64,000 nucleotides of DNA from an uncultured Verrucomicrobiae bacterium. GTDB taxonomy: Bacteria > Verrucomicrobiota > Verrucomicrobiia > Chthoniobacterales > JAFAMB01. The translations under genes and the position numbers were made by a program. A model generated the notes under the pieces. The model had not been told where the DNA came from. It saw only the letters and a list, made by a program, of their open reading frames with translations, and searched no databases. This document shows, piece after piece, positions 38,782-48,562 of this stretch (its first letter is position 1; every line of letters starts with the position of its first letter). The stretch is from the NCBI GenBank assembly GCA_963762565.1, contig CAVXLD010000007.1, forward strand, positions 256,001 through 320,000. Reading direction: 5' to 3'.

Positions 38782-39127
38782 CGCTCTTGATTACTCTGTC
38801 TGTGAAGAACAATTCAAGCTTAGCGATGAATAAAAGATGTTGAGCAGACCCGTCTAAAGGCAGGTTAACTCGCCGACTAGGTGAGAGAAGCTCTGGCCGA
38901 TTACTTGACCTGTAACGTGTTAATCGATATAAAGAAGCGAATCGTTGGTTGGGTATTTCAGGACCCTGGTTTTCCCAGGTGTAGGCTGCGAGCCTCCCGT
39001 GCAAGGATGCCCTTCCTACAGTGAGTGAACGTTCCAAAGCACGCCGTCAGCAAGTCGACCCACCAAGTCTGCGTAGGCGGCTAGGCTCTTGCGTTCCGCT
39101 CATCGCTGCTACAGGAGGCTGCAGGTC

Positions 39128-40576
39128 ATGAACTGGATAACCATCGCGTGGCCCATGATAGCCGCTGCCTGCCTGACGCTCGCGCTAATGCAGCTGCGTA
39201 TCGCCATCGGTCGGACCCCGCGCTTACCTCATATTTTCTTCTTTCTGAACGCGCTCGCGGTCGCGTCACTCGCAGGGTTAGAACTGGCCCTGCTCGAGGC
39301 TAAGACTCTTGAGCGATATCAGTCGCTGTTGCACTGGGCGCAGCTGCCCTTGTGGCTGATGGTGGTTTCGCTTTTGGGTCTGGTGTGGAGTTTTTTTCGC
39401 ACAGGGCGGAAGTGGCTTGCGGTGGTGGCCGGAGCGCTGAACACCCTTGCTTTGGTCGCGAATTTCGTCGCCCCGACGCCCGCCATTCGACAGGCTGTCG
39501 CCATCGAGCGAGTGCACACATTCGGTGGCGCAGCGTTCACCTCTGCAAAGTTTGTTCACGGGCCCTGGAATACAGTGGCAGTGACCAGCATTGCCGCCTT
39601 GTTAATCTTTGTGTTGGATGCGTCTGTCGCGCTTTGGCGCAAAGGTGAGCGACAACGCGCGTTAGTAGCCGGCGGCGGCATCGTTCTCTTTTTGGTCGGT
39701 TCACGCGTTTACGGATCGCTGGTGGAGGCAGGTATCGTGCACACGCCCTACTTTGTTTGTTTTATGTACTTTGGCGTGCTGGTCGCGATGGGGCATGAGA
39801 TGAGCGAGCAGGTACTCCACGCAACCAAACTGGCGCGAGCGTTGCGGGAAAGCGAGAACCAGCTCGCTCACGCAAGCCGCGTTTCGACCATCGGGCAATT
39901 CACCGCCGGGCTCGCTCATGAGCTAAACCAACCGCTGGGGGCGATCCTTCGTAACGCTGAGGCGGCAGAGTTGTTTCTGCAAAGTCCTACGCCGGACTTG
40001 GAGGAACTGCGAGCCATCGTCCAGGACATTCGCAAAGACGAACAGCGTGCGTGCGACGTAATTGATCGATTACGCTCTTTCCTCAAGCGAGGCGATCTCA
40101 ACTCCGGCCCAGTAGCTGTCCGCGAGCTGCTCGAAGAGGCGGCAGCCCTTACCCGTGCCGATGCTGCTTCTAGGGGAGTGGTGCTCGAGATTGCAGCCGC
40201 GCCCGGACTGCCCGTCGTTTCCGGCGATCGCGTGCATCTCCAGCAGGTACTGGTGAACCTGGTCCTCAACGGGATGGAAGCGATGAATGGATACCCGCAT
40301 CGGGAGCGTTCTGTTACCCTTGGAGCTCTTAAGAAGTCGCGGGATACAGTCGAAGTCTTCGTTCGTGATACAGGTCCAGGCATCGCCTCGGAAAACTTGT
40401 CGCATCTTTTCGAACCATTCTTCACCACAAAGGAGCGCGGTATGGGGTTGGGTCTAGCCATTTCGCGCACCATTATCGAGGCCCATGGCGGACGACTTTG
40501 GACCGAGCCGAATGGAGACCACCGCGGAGCTACCTTTCGATTCACATTGTCGGCCTCAGCGGCTGACAGCTTATAA
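39128..40576 (+). CDS. Membrane sensor histidine kinase (FixL/NodV-like kinase core)
   Basis: Multi-TM N-terminus; LAHELNQPL, QQVLVNLVLN, DTGPG, FEPFFTTK and GMGLGL. Confidence 0.93.
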   Translation: MNWITIAWPMIAAACLTLALMQLRIAIGRTPRLPHIFFFLNALAVASLAGLELALLEAKTLERYQSLLHWAQLPLWLMVVSLLGLVWSFFRTGRKWLAVVAGALNTLALVANFVAPTPAIRQAVAIERVHTFGGAAFTSAKFVHGPWNTVAVTSIAALLIFVLDASVALWRKGERQRALVAGGGIVLFLVGSRVYGSLVEAGIVHTPYFVCFMYFGVLVAMGHEMSEQVLHATKLARALRESENQLAHASRVSTIGQFTAGLAHELNQPLGAILRNAEAAELFLQSPTPDLEELRAIVQDIRKDEQRACDVIDRLRSFLKRGDLNSGPVAVRELLEEAAALTRADAASRGVVLEIAAAPGLPVVSGDRVHLQQVLVNLVLNGMEAMNGYPHRERSVTLGALKKSRDTVEVFVRDTGPGIASENLSHLFEPFFTTKERGMGLGLAISRTIIEAHGGRLWTEPNGDHRGATFRFTLSASAADSL

Positions 40577-40582
40577 TAATAA

Positions 40583-41197
40583 ATGAACGCAGAACCTATT
40601 GTGCATCTGATCGATGACGACGCGTTGTTTCTCACTGCGACCGCAAGGTTATTGCACGGGAGCGGCATACCGGTCGCGACGTTCCGTTCGGCTCAGGAGT
40701 TTCTGGCTTCGCTAACCTTGGAAACCCGAGGATGCGTTGTGGCGGACTTGCGGATGCCAGGCTTGACCGGCCTGGACATGCAGGCGGCGCTCGCCCGAAC
40801 CAGCAATCCATTACCGGTAATATTTCTAAGCGGATACGGCGATATACCGGCTAGTGTCCGCGCGATGCGGAATGGAGCAGAGGACTTTCTGGAGAAATGC
40901 GCACCAAAGATGCAGTTATTAGATGCCGTGCGCCGAGCTTTGGTCCGCGACGCGGAAGCACAGGAGAAACGTTGCCGAGTTAGAGAGGTTAGCGAGCGCT
41001 TTGCCTGTCTTAGCGAGCGTGAACGCGAGGTTCTTGGTCATGTTGTCCAGGGTAAGCTGAACAAACAAATCGCTTTTGATCTGGCTATTCATGAACGCAC
41101 GGTCAAACTGCACCGGACTTCAATTACCAGGAAGTTGCGGGTATATTCAGTCGCCAATCTAACCCGCCTCGCCCACGAACTACGATTGTTCGAATAG
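40583..41197 (+). CDS. FixJ/NodW family response regulator (REC + LuxR HTH)
   Basis: IDDD, DLRMPG and LSEREREVL..GKLNKQIA..TVKLHR. Confidence 0.93.
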   Translation: MNAEPIVHLIDDDALFLTATARLLHGSGIPVATFRSAQEFLASLTLETRGCVVADLRMPGLTGLDMQAALARTSNPLPVIFLSGYGDIPASVRAMRNGAEDFLEKCAPKMQLLDAVRRALVRDAEAQEKRCRVREVSERFACLSEREREVLGHVVQGKLNKQIAFDLAIHERTVKLHRTSITRKLRVYSVANLTRLAHELRLFE

Positions 41198-41343
41198 GTC
41201 TGCCGGGTCTGCATCGTGGTAGCTCGTCAAGCTGGCTCCGCGAAAGTATTTCCAGCCCCCGGGCGCGGGATGCAATTCCGACACAGCCCAGTACTCCAAC
41301 CCTCCAATACTCTATCACCCAGCTCGGCGGGATTCGAGGACAG

Positions 41344-41438
41344 CCTGTCCGCCGTAGCCCAGGCTCCATGTTGCCACCCGCTCGAGGTCGGCCTCGCAAG
41401 CGATGCGCGCTCCACAACCAGGACGTTGGCGAAGGCGG
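41344..41438. repeat. Family C REP interrupted by an insert that contains a family A unit
   Basis: CCTGTCCGCCGTAGCC [..CGGCCTCGCAAGCGATGCGCGCTCCA..] TTGGCGAAGGCGG. Confidence 0.7.
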
Positions 41439-41479
41439 AAGGACGACGAGGAGGAGGAGAACGAAGTGCCTGTGAGATG

Positions 41480-41493
41480 TGCCCTAAAGGGCA
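41480..41493. promoter_or_regulatory. Palindrome TGCCCT-AA-AGGGCA, candidate operator
   Basis: Perfect 6-bp arms about 46 bp upstream of the REC/sulfatase genes, next to a FixJ-like regulator. Confidence 0.4.
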
Positions 41494-41539
41494 GTAGCTG
41501 CAACATCGTTCCCAGTTTATCCTCGGCATTACAAACCGG

Positions 41540-41956
41540 GTGAGCACCAGTATCAGAACTTATGTTGCCGTCGTCGACGATGATCAAAGCTTCTGCCGAT
41601 CGCTCGATCGGCTACTACGCGCGGCTGGCTTTCATTCGGTTACCTATCGAACAGCGGAGGATTTCTTACACGACAAGAAACGGCCACAGTTTGATTGCCT
41701 CGTGCTTGATATCAAGCTTCCCGGCATTTCCGGCATCGAGTTGCAAGGCCAACTCAAAGCCGAGGCAGTGCCGACACCGGTGATCTTTGTCACCTCTCAC
41801 GACAGCCCGGAACTACAGATGCAGGCGCAGGCCACTGGCTGCATCGCTTATTTCCGCAAGACGGACCCAGGTGATGCACTCATTGATTCAATTCGCCGGC
41901 TAGCGATGGGGCCATCTTCGCCCAAACCTCCCTTTAACCAAGGACACCGTTTCTGA
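41540..41956 (+). CDS. Stand-alone receiver-domain protein
   Basis: VAVVDDD, LDIKLPG, FVTSH and FRK. Confidence 0.9.
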   Translation: MSTSIRTYVAVVDDDQSFCRSLDRLLRAAGFHSVTYRTAEDFLHDKKRPQFDCLVLDIKLPGISGIELQGQLKAEAVPTPVIFVTSHDSPELQMQAQATGCIAYFRKTDPGDALIDSIRRLAMGPSSPKPPFNQGHRF

Positions 41957-42009
41957 AAGGAAGCAAGGCACACCTAACAATCTCATCTGACAGCACGATT
42001 CCTCCCGAA

Positions 42010-43719
42010 ATGCAATCACACTTAATCCTGAATAAGCGCGCGCGCCCGAAGTGCATGCTCTGTTTGGCCGTTTGGTTCCATGTTGTACTATTTGCGCAAC
42101 TGACCAACGGAGATACTGACAAAACGACCACTCCGGCCTCGAAGCCGAACCTCCTGTTGATAGTAGCTGATGATATGGGGTTCTCGGACACCAGTCCATA
42201 TGGCGGCGAGATCTTCACGCCCAACATTGCCAAGCTCGCTTATGAAGGGGCGATGTTTACCAACTTCCATGTTGCGCCCACTTGTACACCCACACGGGCC
42301 ATGCTGTTGACCGGTCGTGACAATCACGATGTCGGAGTTGGCAATATGAAGGAGCTGTTGGCCGACAATCAATATGGCAAACCTGGTTATGAGGGTGGAC
42401 TGAATAGTCAGGCCGTAACAATTGCCACCATCCTTCGAGATGCCGGCTACCACACATATATGGCAGGCAAGTGGCACCTTGGACAAACAAAGGAACAGCT
42501 TCCCGCGTCACAGGGATTCGAAGATTCTGTGGTGTTGGGCGAAGGCGGTGCGGATAACTGGGAAAAGAAACCGTACACGCCCAAGTACAAAGCGGTTCAC
42601 TTTTACGAGGGCGTTAATGAGATTGAGTTGCCGGCCGATTTCTACTCCAGCGAGTTCTACACTGACAAACTGCTCGGTTATATTGATAAAAATGTAAGCG
42701 ATAGAAAGCCGTTCTTTGGCTATCTCGCGTTTCAAGCGGTCCATCAACCACATCAGGCGCCCGCTGAATTCACGGACCGTTACACATGGACCTACCGGGG
42801 TGGTTGGTCTGCTATAAAACAGACCCGTTATCAGCGAGAGGTAGAACTCGGTATAATGCCGGCGGGACTTCAATTGCTCTCCCTGCCCGGTGTCCCAGAA
42901 TGGTCTTCTCTGCCAGCAGACGAGAAGCTGATGAACGCGAAGCGAATGGCGGTCTACGCGGGAATGCTTGAATACATGGATATGAGCATCGGGCGCGTGT
43001 TGGCTTACCTCAAAGAAAAGAACCTACTAGAGAACACGGTCGTTGTTTTTATGAGCGACAACGGCGGAGAGGCCACCGAGCTACTAGATACTTTCCCGGA
43101 TTACTACCGGAAGAACTTTGATCTGACCTATGAGCATCTCGGGCAAAAAGGAAGCTACTCTGAATATGGCCCTGGTTGGGCAAATGTTGCGATGACTCCG
43201 TTTAGCGGTTTTAAGATTATGACCTCCGAGGGCGGGACCCGTGCACCGCTCATCATCAGCTATCCGCGGAAGATGGCGGAAGGTGAAATGACAAACGCAT
43301 TTGCCAGCGTGCTCGACATCGCGCCGACATTGCTTGATCTGGCGGGCGTTCAATCCAACAAGGACCGGCCTGCGCTCGCGGGCCACAGCATGGTCCCGCT
43401 GTTGGAGGGCAACTCGAAGGTGATTCGCGATACTGAGGAAGTGTTCGTAACCGAGATAGCAGGTAACGTGGCTTTGTATCGGGGCGAGTACAAGTTCGTG
43501 CGTAATCTGCCGCCGTTCGGGGACAAGAAGTGGCACCTTTATAACCTGCGCGTTGATCCCGTCGAAGCGAACGACCTCGCTTCTACGAATCCAGATTTGG
43601 TTAAGAGCCTGACCACGGCTTACGCGGATTACACAAAGGAGCACAACCTGGTAGAGGTGCCGGACGGTTACAGCGTGATCGAGCAAGCCAAAAAGAATAT
43701 GACCCGGGGGGATCATTAA
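42010..43719 (+). CDS. Arylsulfatase (Cys-type, formylglycine-dependent)
   Basis: IVADDMG, CTPTRAMLLTG (CxPxR), AGKWHLG and MSDNG. Confidence 0.94.
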   Translation: MQSHLILNKRARPKCMLCLAVWFHVVLFAQLTNGDTDKTTTPASKPNLLLIVADDMGFSDTSPYGGEIFTPNIAKLAYEGAMFTNFHVAPTCTPTRAMLLTGRDNHDVGVGNMKELLADNQYGKPGYEGGLNSQAVTIATILRDAGYHTYMAGKWHLGQTKEQLPASQGFEDSVVLGEGGADNWEKKPYTPKYKAVHFYEGVNEIELPADFYSSEFYTDKLLGYIDKNVSDRKPFFGYLAFQAVHQPHQAPAEFTDRYTWTYRGGWSAIKQTRYQREVELGIMPAGLQLLSLPGVPEWSSLPADEKLMNAKRMAVYAGMLEYMDMSIGRVLAYLKEKNLLENTVVVFMSDNGGEATELLDTFPDYYRKNFDLTYEHLGQKGSYSEYGPGWANVAMTPFSGFKIMTSEGGTRAPLIISYPRKMAEGEMTNAFASVLDIAPTLLDLAGVQSNKDRPALAGHSMVPLLEGNSKVIRDTEEVFVTEIAGNVALYRGEYKFVRNLPPFGDKKWHLYNLRVDPVEANDLASTNPDLVKSLTTAYADYTKEHNLVEVPDGYSVIEQAKKNMTRGDH

Positions 43720-43724
43720 GAGCG

Positions 43725-44696
43725 ATGAAAAGCGGAATTCAAGTTTTGATCTTCGGATTAGCTATCTCCCTCCTCCCCTGGTATGCAAACGGCGAAGAAG
43801 GAGCAAGCGGACATTACATCCCGGGTGTCACGGCGGACTTCATGGACGCGCTCCCCAATGAGACTGGGCTGGCCGCATTCGACTTTTTTACGTACTACAA
43901 CGGCGGAGCCGGCGTAAGTGAACCATTCGACTTTGCTGGCCGTCTAGCTCTTGGGGTCGAGGGAACGGTTTATGCCGAGACAGTCGGCCTTCTTTATAAG
44001 ACACCATTACGGATCCTGGGCGGCAATTACGCTGCCAGTATTGCTATCCCGGTTGTATGGGTGGACGTCAAAGCTCAGACCGAGTTCGGTGGCCCATTCG
44101 GGAAACTTTTGTTAGGGCGTAATATAGAAGACACGGCTAGTGGTCTCGGGGATATTACCATTTACCCATTCATTCTCGGATGGAAGCAATTCAACGGTGA
44201 CCTGAAATATGATCTGCGGTTTGGCATTTATGCGCCAACCGGATCATACAACACCGGTGACCTGGCTAACGCCGGGAGAAACTTCTGGACGTTCGAACCT
44301 GGCTTTTCTATTAGTTGGTTGAGCAGCAAGATCGGCACGGAAGTCAGCCTTTTTTCAGGCTTTGATTTCAATACTGAAAACAATGCTACCCAATATCAAA
44401 GCGGGGCCGTATTCCATCTCGATGCCACGATCGCTCAGCATCTACCACTGTTCGGTGGATTTGTCGGTGTCGGGGCCAACGTCTTTTATTACCAGCAGAT
44501 TACTGGTGACAGCGGCTCGGGCGCTAAGCTTGGTTCTTTTGAGGGGAGTACGACGGGTATTGGTCCAGTGGTCAATTGCGCACATAAAATCGGGAAGATG
44601 GACGTGGTTGGTGAAGTGAAATGGTTACCCGAGCTCGGCGTCGATAAACGCCTGAAAGGCGACTATCTGTGGGTCAAGGTGGGGGTGGTGTTTTGA
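43725..44696 (+). CDS. SphA/MetA-pathway family outer-membrane channel
   Basis: Signal peptide; EEGASGHYIPG, SGLGDI, YAPTGSY and GRNFWTF; C-terminal Phe. Confidence 0.85.
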   Translation: MKSGIQVLIFGLAISLLPWYANGEEGASGHYIPGVTADFMDALPNETGLAAFDFFTYYNGGAGVSEPFDFAGRLALGVEGTVYAETVGLLYKTPLRILGGNYAASIAIPVVWVDVKAQTEFGGPFGKLLLGRNIEDTASGLGDITIYPFILGWKQFNGDLKYDLRFGIYAPTGSYNTGDLANAGRNFWTFEPGFSISWLSSKIGTEVSLFSGFDFNTENNATQYQSGAVFHLDATIAQHLPLFGGFVGVGANVFYYQQITGDSGSGAKLGSFEGSTTGIGPVVNCAHKIGKMDVVGEVKWLPELGVDKRLKGDYLWVKVGVVF

Positions 44697-44721
44697 ACAA
44701 AACCTAGTTTCTCGCGACCTG

Positions 44722-45855
44722 ATGGGCTCTCTTAGCTTTTCTCAGTGGGGCGAATCCCTAGTGTCCTGGTCCGCCTTGACCATGGTCTCTCTCCTCCTGT
44801 TTCAATCCGGTAACGCGGACAGTGCAACGCTGCTTCCCGCGGAGCAACGCGCTCCTAAGGTCGTTTGCCCGCCGGAAATGGTTTGGGTTTCCGGCGGCCA
44901 GTTCACCATGGGCACGGACGATTCCTCCAGTCTACCGAACGAGCGTCCCGCGCATCAGGAGAAGGTGGCTGGGTTCTGGATCGACGTCCATGATGTAACC
45001 AATGCTCAGTTTGCCAAGTTCGTTGAAGCCACTGGTTATGTAACGACGGCAGAGAAAAAGCCGAATTGGGAAGACCTGAAAAAGCAGTTGCCTACAGGTA
45101 CTCCGAAACCTGATGACGCCCTGTTCGTCCCGGGATCGGTAGTATTTACTCCTACTTCACAAGCCGTGCCACTAGATGATCTTTCGGCGTGGTGGCGTTG
45201 GGTGCCGGGCGCTTCGTGGCGGCATCCCGAAGGTCCTGCGAGTGATATTGTGGGTAGGGAAAATCATCCTGTCGTCCAGGTTTCCTGGGACGACGCCGCC
45301 GCATACGCAAAATGGTCAGCCAAACGCTTGCCTACCGAGGCCGAGTGGGAGTTTGCGGCGCGCGGCGGTTTAAACGGTAAACGCTATGTCTGGGGTGACG
45401 AATTTCGCCCGAATGGCAATTATATGGCGAACACCTGGCAAGGTCAGTTTCCGGTGACTAACGCGGCGGAAGATGGTTTTGTCGGAACCTCGCCCGTTGG
45501 ATCGTTTCCGCCCAACGGTTACGGTCTCTACGACATGGCCGGGAATGTCTGGCAATGGTGCAGCGACTGGTATCGGGTCGATGCCTTTGTCCAAGCGCTA
45601 ACGGCACTGGCAAGTAGGAATGTCTGCTCCGATACCAGAGGTCCAAGTGAAAGCTGGGATCCAGCCGATCCCAACATGCCGAAACGTGTGGTCAAAGGCG
45701 GATCGTTCTTATGTAGCCCGTCGTACTGTGAGAGCTATCGGCCGAGCGCGCGGCGAGGTGTATCTCCGGACATAGGGTCATCCCATACCGGGTTTCGATG
45801 TGTCATGTCTGCAGCCGATTCTGGAGTCGAATTATCGGCGAACGCCGGCGAGTGA
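44722..45855 (+). CDS. Formylglycine-generating enzyme (SUMF1/FGE)
   Basis: HPVVQVSW, RLPTEAEWEFAARGG, NGYGLYDMAGNVWQW and KGGSFLCSPSYC (both catalytic Cys present). Confidence 0.92.
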   Translation: MGSLSFSQWGESLVSWSALTMVSLLLFQSGNADSATLLPAEQRAPKVVCPPEMVWVSGGQFTMGTDDSSSLPNERPAHQEKVAGFWIDVHDVTNAQFAKFVEATGYVTTAEKKPNWEDLKKQLPTGTPKPDDALFVPGSVVFTPTSQAVPLDDLSAWWRWVPGASWRHPEGPASDIVGRENHPVVQVSWDDAAAYAKWSAKRLPTEAEWEFAARGGLNGKRYVWGDEFRPNGNYMANTWQGQFPVTNAAEDGFVGTSPVGSFPPNGYGLYDMAGNVWQWCSDWYRVDAFVQALTALASRNVCSDTRGPSESWDPADPNMPKRVVKGGSFLCSPSYCESYRPSARRGVSPDIGSSHTGFRCVMSAADSGVELSANAGE

Positions 45856-45876
45856 AGCCGGCAATTAACTCACTTT

Positions 45877-46935
45877 ATGTCCAAGGATAACTCAACGAAA
45901 ATGAATCGTATCAATAACACCGACGGACGCCCGGCGATCCTTGCCTGGCTTACCTTTGGGCTCGTCAATAATGAAGTCAAGTGGCCGCTACCTGGAGGCC
46001 GGAGAGTGCCGCGAAAAATCAGCCAAAGAACTATCCCTCTGGCTGGTTGGGTTGCAGAATGCGCTCTGCTTTTCACGCCGTGCGTTTTAGTCCACGCCGG
46101 ATTAGTGAAAGGGGATGTCGACTTCTCAAATTATAACACGCCGTTAGTCGAGCAGATCGTCAACCGCATCAAAGACAAGGTGGCAGCGCGCTTGGGAGAA
46201 GGCGTTAATATGCGGGACCGCTACTTTATCGTTCCTTTCGCTTACCAGAACAAAAGGAATAACCCCTCGTTCTCCCACTCATTTCTCTCGGTGATACGCG
46301 TGCTTGGAGATGGTAAGCAGTCCAGTCTCAAATCAGGATTCAGACGGGGACAATTCAAGAACCGGAATTTTGAAGCATTTACAATTAGCTGGCTGCCTCA
46401 CGATTTTGATACTAATCCGGACCTCTGCGTTTTCGATGGCGTCGGTAGTCGCGTAGATCCGAAACTGAACAAATGTCCCATCGTCGTCGGGAGAAACTTC
46501 AGGCTAGATCAGACACTGAAGCTCGCGGTGAATGAGAAAGTTGCGGTCGGCATGTGGGGCCCGTACGAGATCAGGAAAGAAGCGTTTGATCTTGGGGTAA
46601 AACGGAAGCTGTTGCTCGACGGAGGAACTATACGATATAAAGCTGATGACCGGCTTGCTCGCAAGGATCGAGTCGCGATCAATTGTTTCCATGCGATGGC
46701 GGGGCTGGAAGAACTATATCCTAACGGCGGATTTCTTGGGACCGGATTTAGGATGTGGGGGATCAATGGCACCGCACGAGTGTTGATTGAGTACACGAAA
46801 AGTGTTCGAGCCAAAGGACTGCTTCTCGAACCGGTCGATATCAAGAAAGATCTCTACGGATTTGTGTATGCGCCGCAGCAGAATAGCAGCGGTCTCTATG
46901 ATCCTTTTCCGAATGCATCTGCATACCACAACTAG
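45877..46935 (+). CDS. Hypothetical exported protein; candidate permuted papain-like (His...Cys) enzyme
   Basis: SHSF...TISWLP...WGPYEI...RYKADD...INCFHA; a signal-like segment ending VLVHA suggests the true start is later. Confidence 0.65.
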   Translation: MSKDNSTKMNRINNTDGRPAILAWLTFGLVNNEVKWPLPGGRRVPRKISQRTIPLAGWVAECALLFTPCVLVHAGLVKGDVDFSNYNTPLVEQIVNRIKDKVAARLGEGVNMRDRYFIVPFAYQNKRNNPSFSHSFLSVIRVLGDGKQSSLKSGFRRGQFKNRNFEAFTISWLPHDFDTNPDLCVFDGVGSRVDPKLNKCPIVVGRNFRLDQTLKLAVNEKVAVGMWGPYEIRKEAFDLGVKRKLLLDGGTIRYKADDRLARKDRVAINCFHAMAGLEELYPNGGFLGTGFRMWGINGTARVLIEYTKSVRAKGLLLEPVDIKKDLYGFVYAPQQNSSGLYDPFPNASAYHN

Positions 46936-47029
46936 CGTTTTGAAAACTGGCTACGGTGGCAATTAATTACTCAAATCGAAAAAGACTTTTGTGTTCGCGA
47001 AAGGGCGATTGAGTGGGGAATGCCGTTGC

Positions 47030-48505
47030 TTACCAAAGGCCGAGCAGCTTCCACCAGAGGCCGCCGACAATCAGCCAGATCAGAATATTTATGATACTGG
47101 CCAGGGCACCTAACTTCCACCAGGTACTAAGCTCTACGTAGCCGGAGCCAAACAAGACTGGCGCTGGGCCGCTGCCATAGTGGGTTAGACTGCTGAAGAG
47201 ATTGCCCACGAACCCCAATACTAATGCAGCCAGAATCGGCGGCGTGCCAACCGCAACTGAGACAGACAGAAACGCCGCATACATTGAACTCACGTGCGCA
47301 GTCTGACTGGCGAACAGATAATGGCTATAAAAATAGACGAGGCACAACGCCAGGAATGCGATACGCCAGTTGACGCCACCAACCATACCCTGAGCAACAT
47401 GCGTAAACCAAGGTATGAGGCCTAGTTCGTTAAGGAAACTGGCCATCATGACCAACGCAGCGAACCAGACAAGAGTATCCCAGGCATTTTCTTCCTCGAG
47501 GACATCTTTCCAGGTAAGGACCCCGGTCAGTAGCAAGACGCCGAGCCCGACCAGAGCGGTAGTGGCGCTATCAATCTTGGCTAGTGGATCGCCGCAAATC
47601 CATAGGAATAGAAGTAGGACAAAGACGCCTAACATAGTCCATTCTTTCCGTCGCATTTTACCCATCTCCAGCAGCTTTTGTTTGGCAAGTTCACTAGCCC
47701 CAGGGGTTTCTTTGATTTCAGGAGGATAGCATTTATAGAGAACAAACGGGACTAGCACTAGACTTACGACTCCGGGAACAAGCGCGGCGATCGCCCATTG
47801 TGCCCAAGTGACATTGATGTGCATTTGTCCGGCTAGCTTCGCGGCAAGCGGATTAGCGGCCATGGCAGTGAGGAACATGGCACTGGTTACTACGTTGCCC
47901 TGGAACGCGGCCTGGATAAGAAATGCGCCGATCTTATGGGCGGTGCCATCGTCAGGATTACTGCCAAACGCTCTGGCTGATGCTCTTACGAGCGGGAAGA
48001 CGATCCCGCCCGCGCGGGCAGTGTTGCTAGGGATAGCCGGTGCTAACACGAGATCGGTTGCGATCAAACCGTAGCTTAATCCCAAAGTTTTTTTGCCGAG
48101 CGCCGCCATAAAAAGGTAAGCAATGCGACTGCCCAGACCCGTCTTGATAAAGCCGCGGGAGATAAAAAAGGCGACAACGATTAGCCAGATCGTGCTGTTG
48201 CCGAATCCGCTCAGCGCCTGATTAATGGTGAGCGTTCCGGAAAGCGCAGTCGCCGCGATCCCCAGCAAGGCCATAGCTCCCATCGGTAGCGGTTTAGCGA
48301 TAATCCCCACGATCGTTGCAACGAAAATCGCTAGCAGGTGCCACGCTTTGGGTTCGACGCCTGCCGGCTGAGGAATCAACCAAATAATAACGCCCACCAG
48401 TAAAACCGCTAGTAGGCGGAGCGCCTCGTTCCAACCGGAAATCGTCGCTCCGTGTTTGTGTTTGGCCGGCTCGACGGCCGTCGGACCAGTGTGGTTGGTA
48501 CTCAA
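47030..48505 (-). CDS. DASS family anion permease (di/tricarboxylate transporter)
   Basis: PLPMGA, KTGLGSRIA, PSNTARAGG, SAMFLTAMAANPL, HYLFAS and LTHYGSGPAP. Confidence 0.93.
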   Translation of the reverse strand: MSTNHTGPTAVEPAKHKHGATISGWNEALRLLAVLLVGVIIWLIPQPAGVEPKAWHLLAIFVATIVGIIAKPLPMGAMALLGIAATALSGTLTINQALSGFGNSTIWLIVVAFFISRGFIKTGLGSRIAYLFMAALGKKTLGLSYGLIATDLVLAPAIPSNTARAGGIVFPLVRASARAFGSNPDDGTAHKIGAFLIQAAFQGNVVTSAMFLTAMAANPLAAKLAGQMHINVTWAQWAIAALVPGVVSLVLVPFVLYKCYPPEIKETPGASELAKQKLLEMGKMRRKEWTMLGVFVLLLFLWICGDPLAKIDSATTALVGLGVLLLTGVLTWKDVLEEENAWDTLVWFAALVMMASFLNELGLIPWFTHVAQGMVGGVNWRIAFLALCLVYFYSHYLFASQTAHVSSMYAAFLSVSVAVGTPPILAALVLGFVGNLFSSLTHYGSGPAPVLFGSGYVELSTWWKLGALASIINILIWLIVGGLWWKLLGLW

Positions 48506-48562
48506 TCGTAGACTTTCGCGGTTTGGAACCCGAAGGCGGCGCTGATTGGCACTCCGGGCAAA

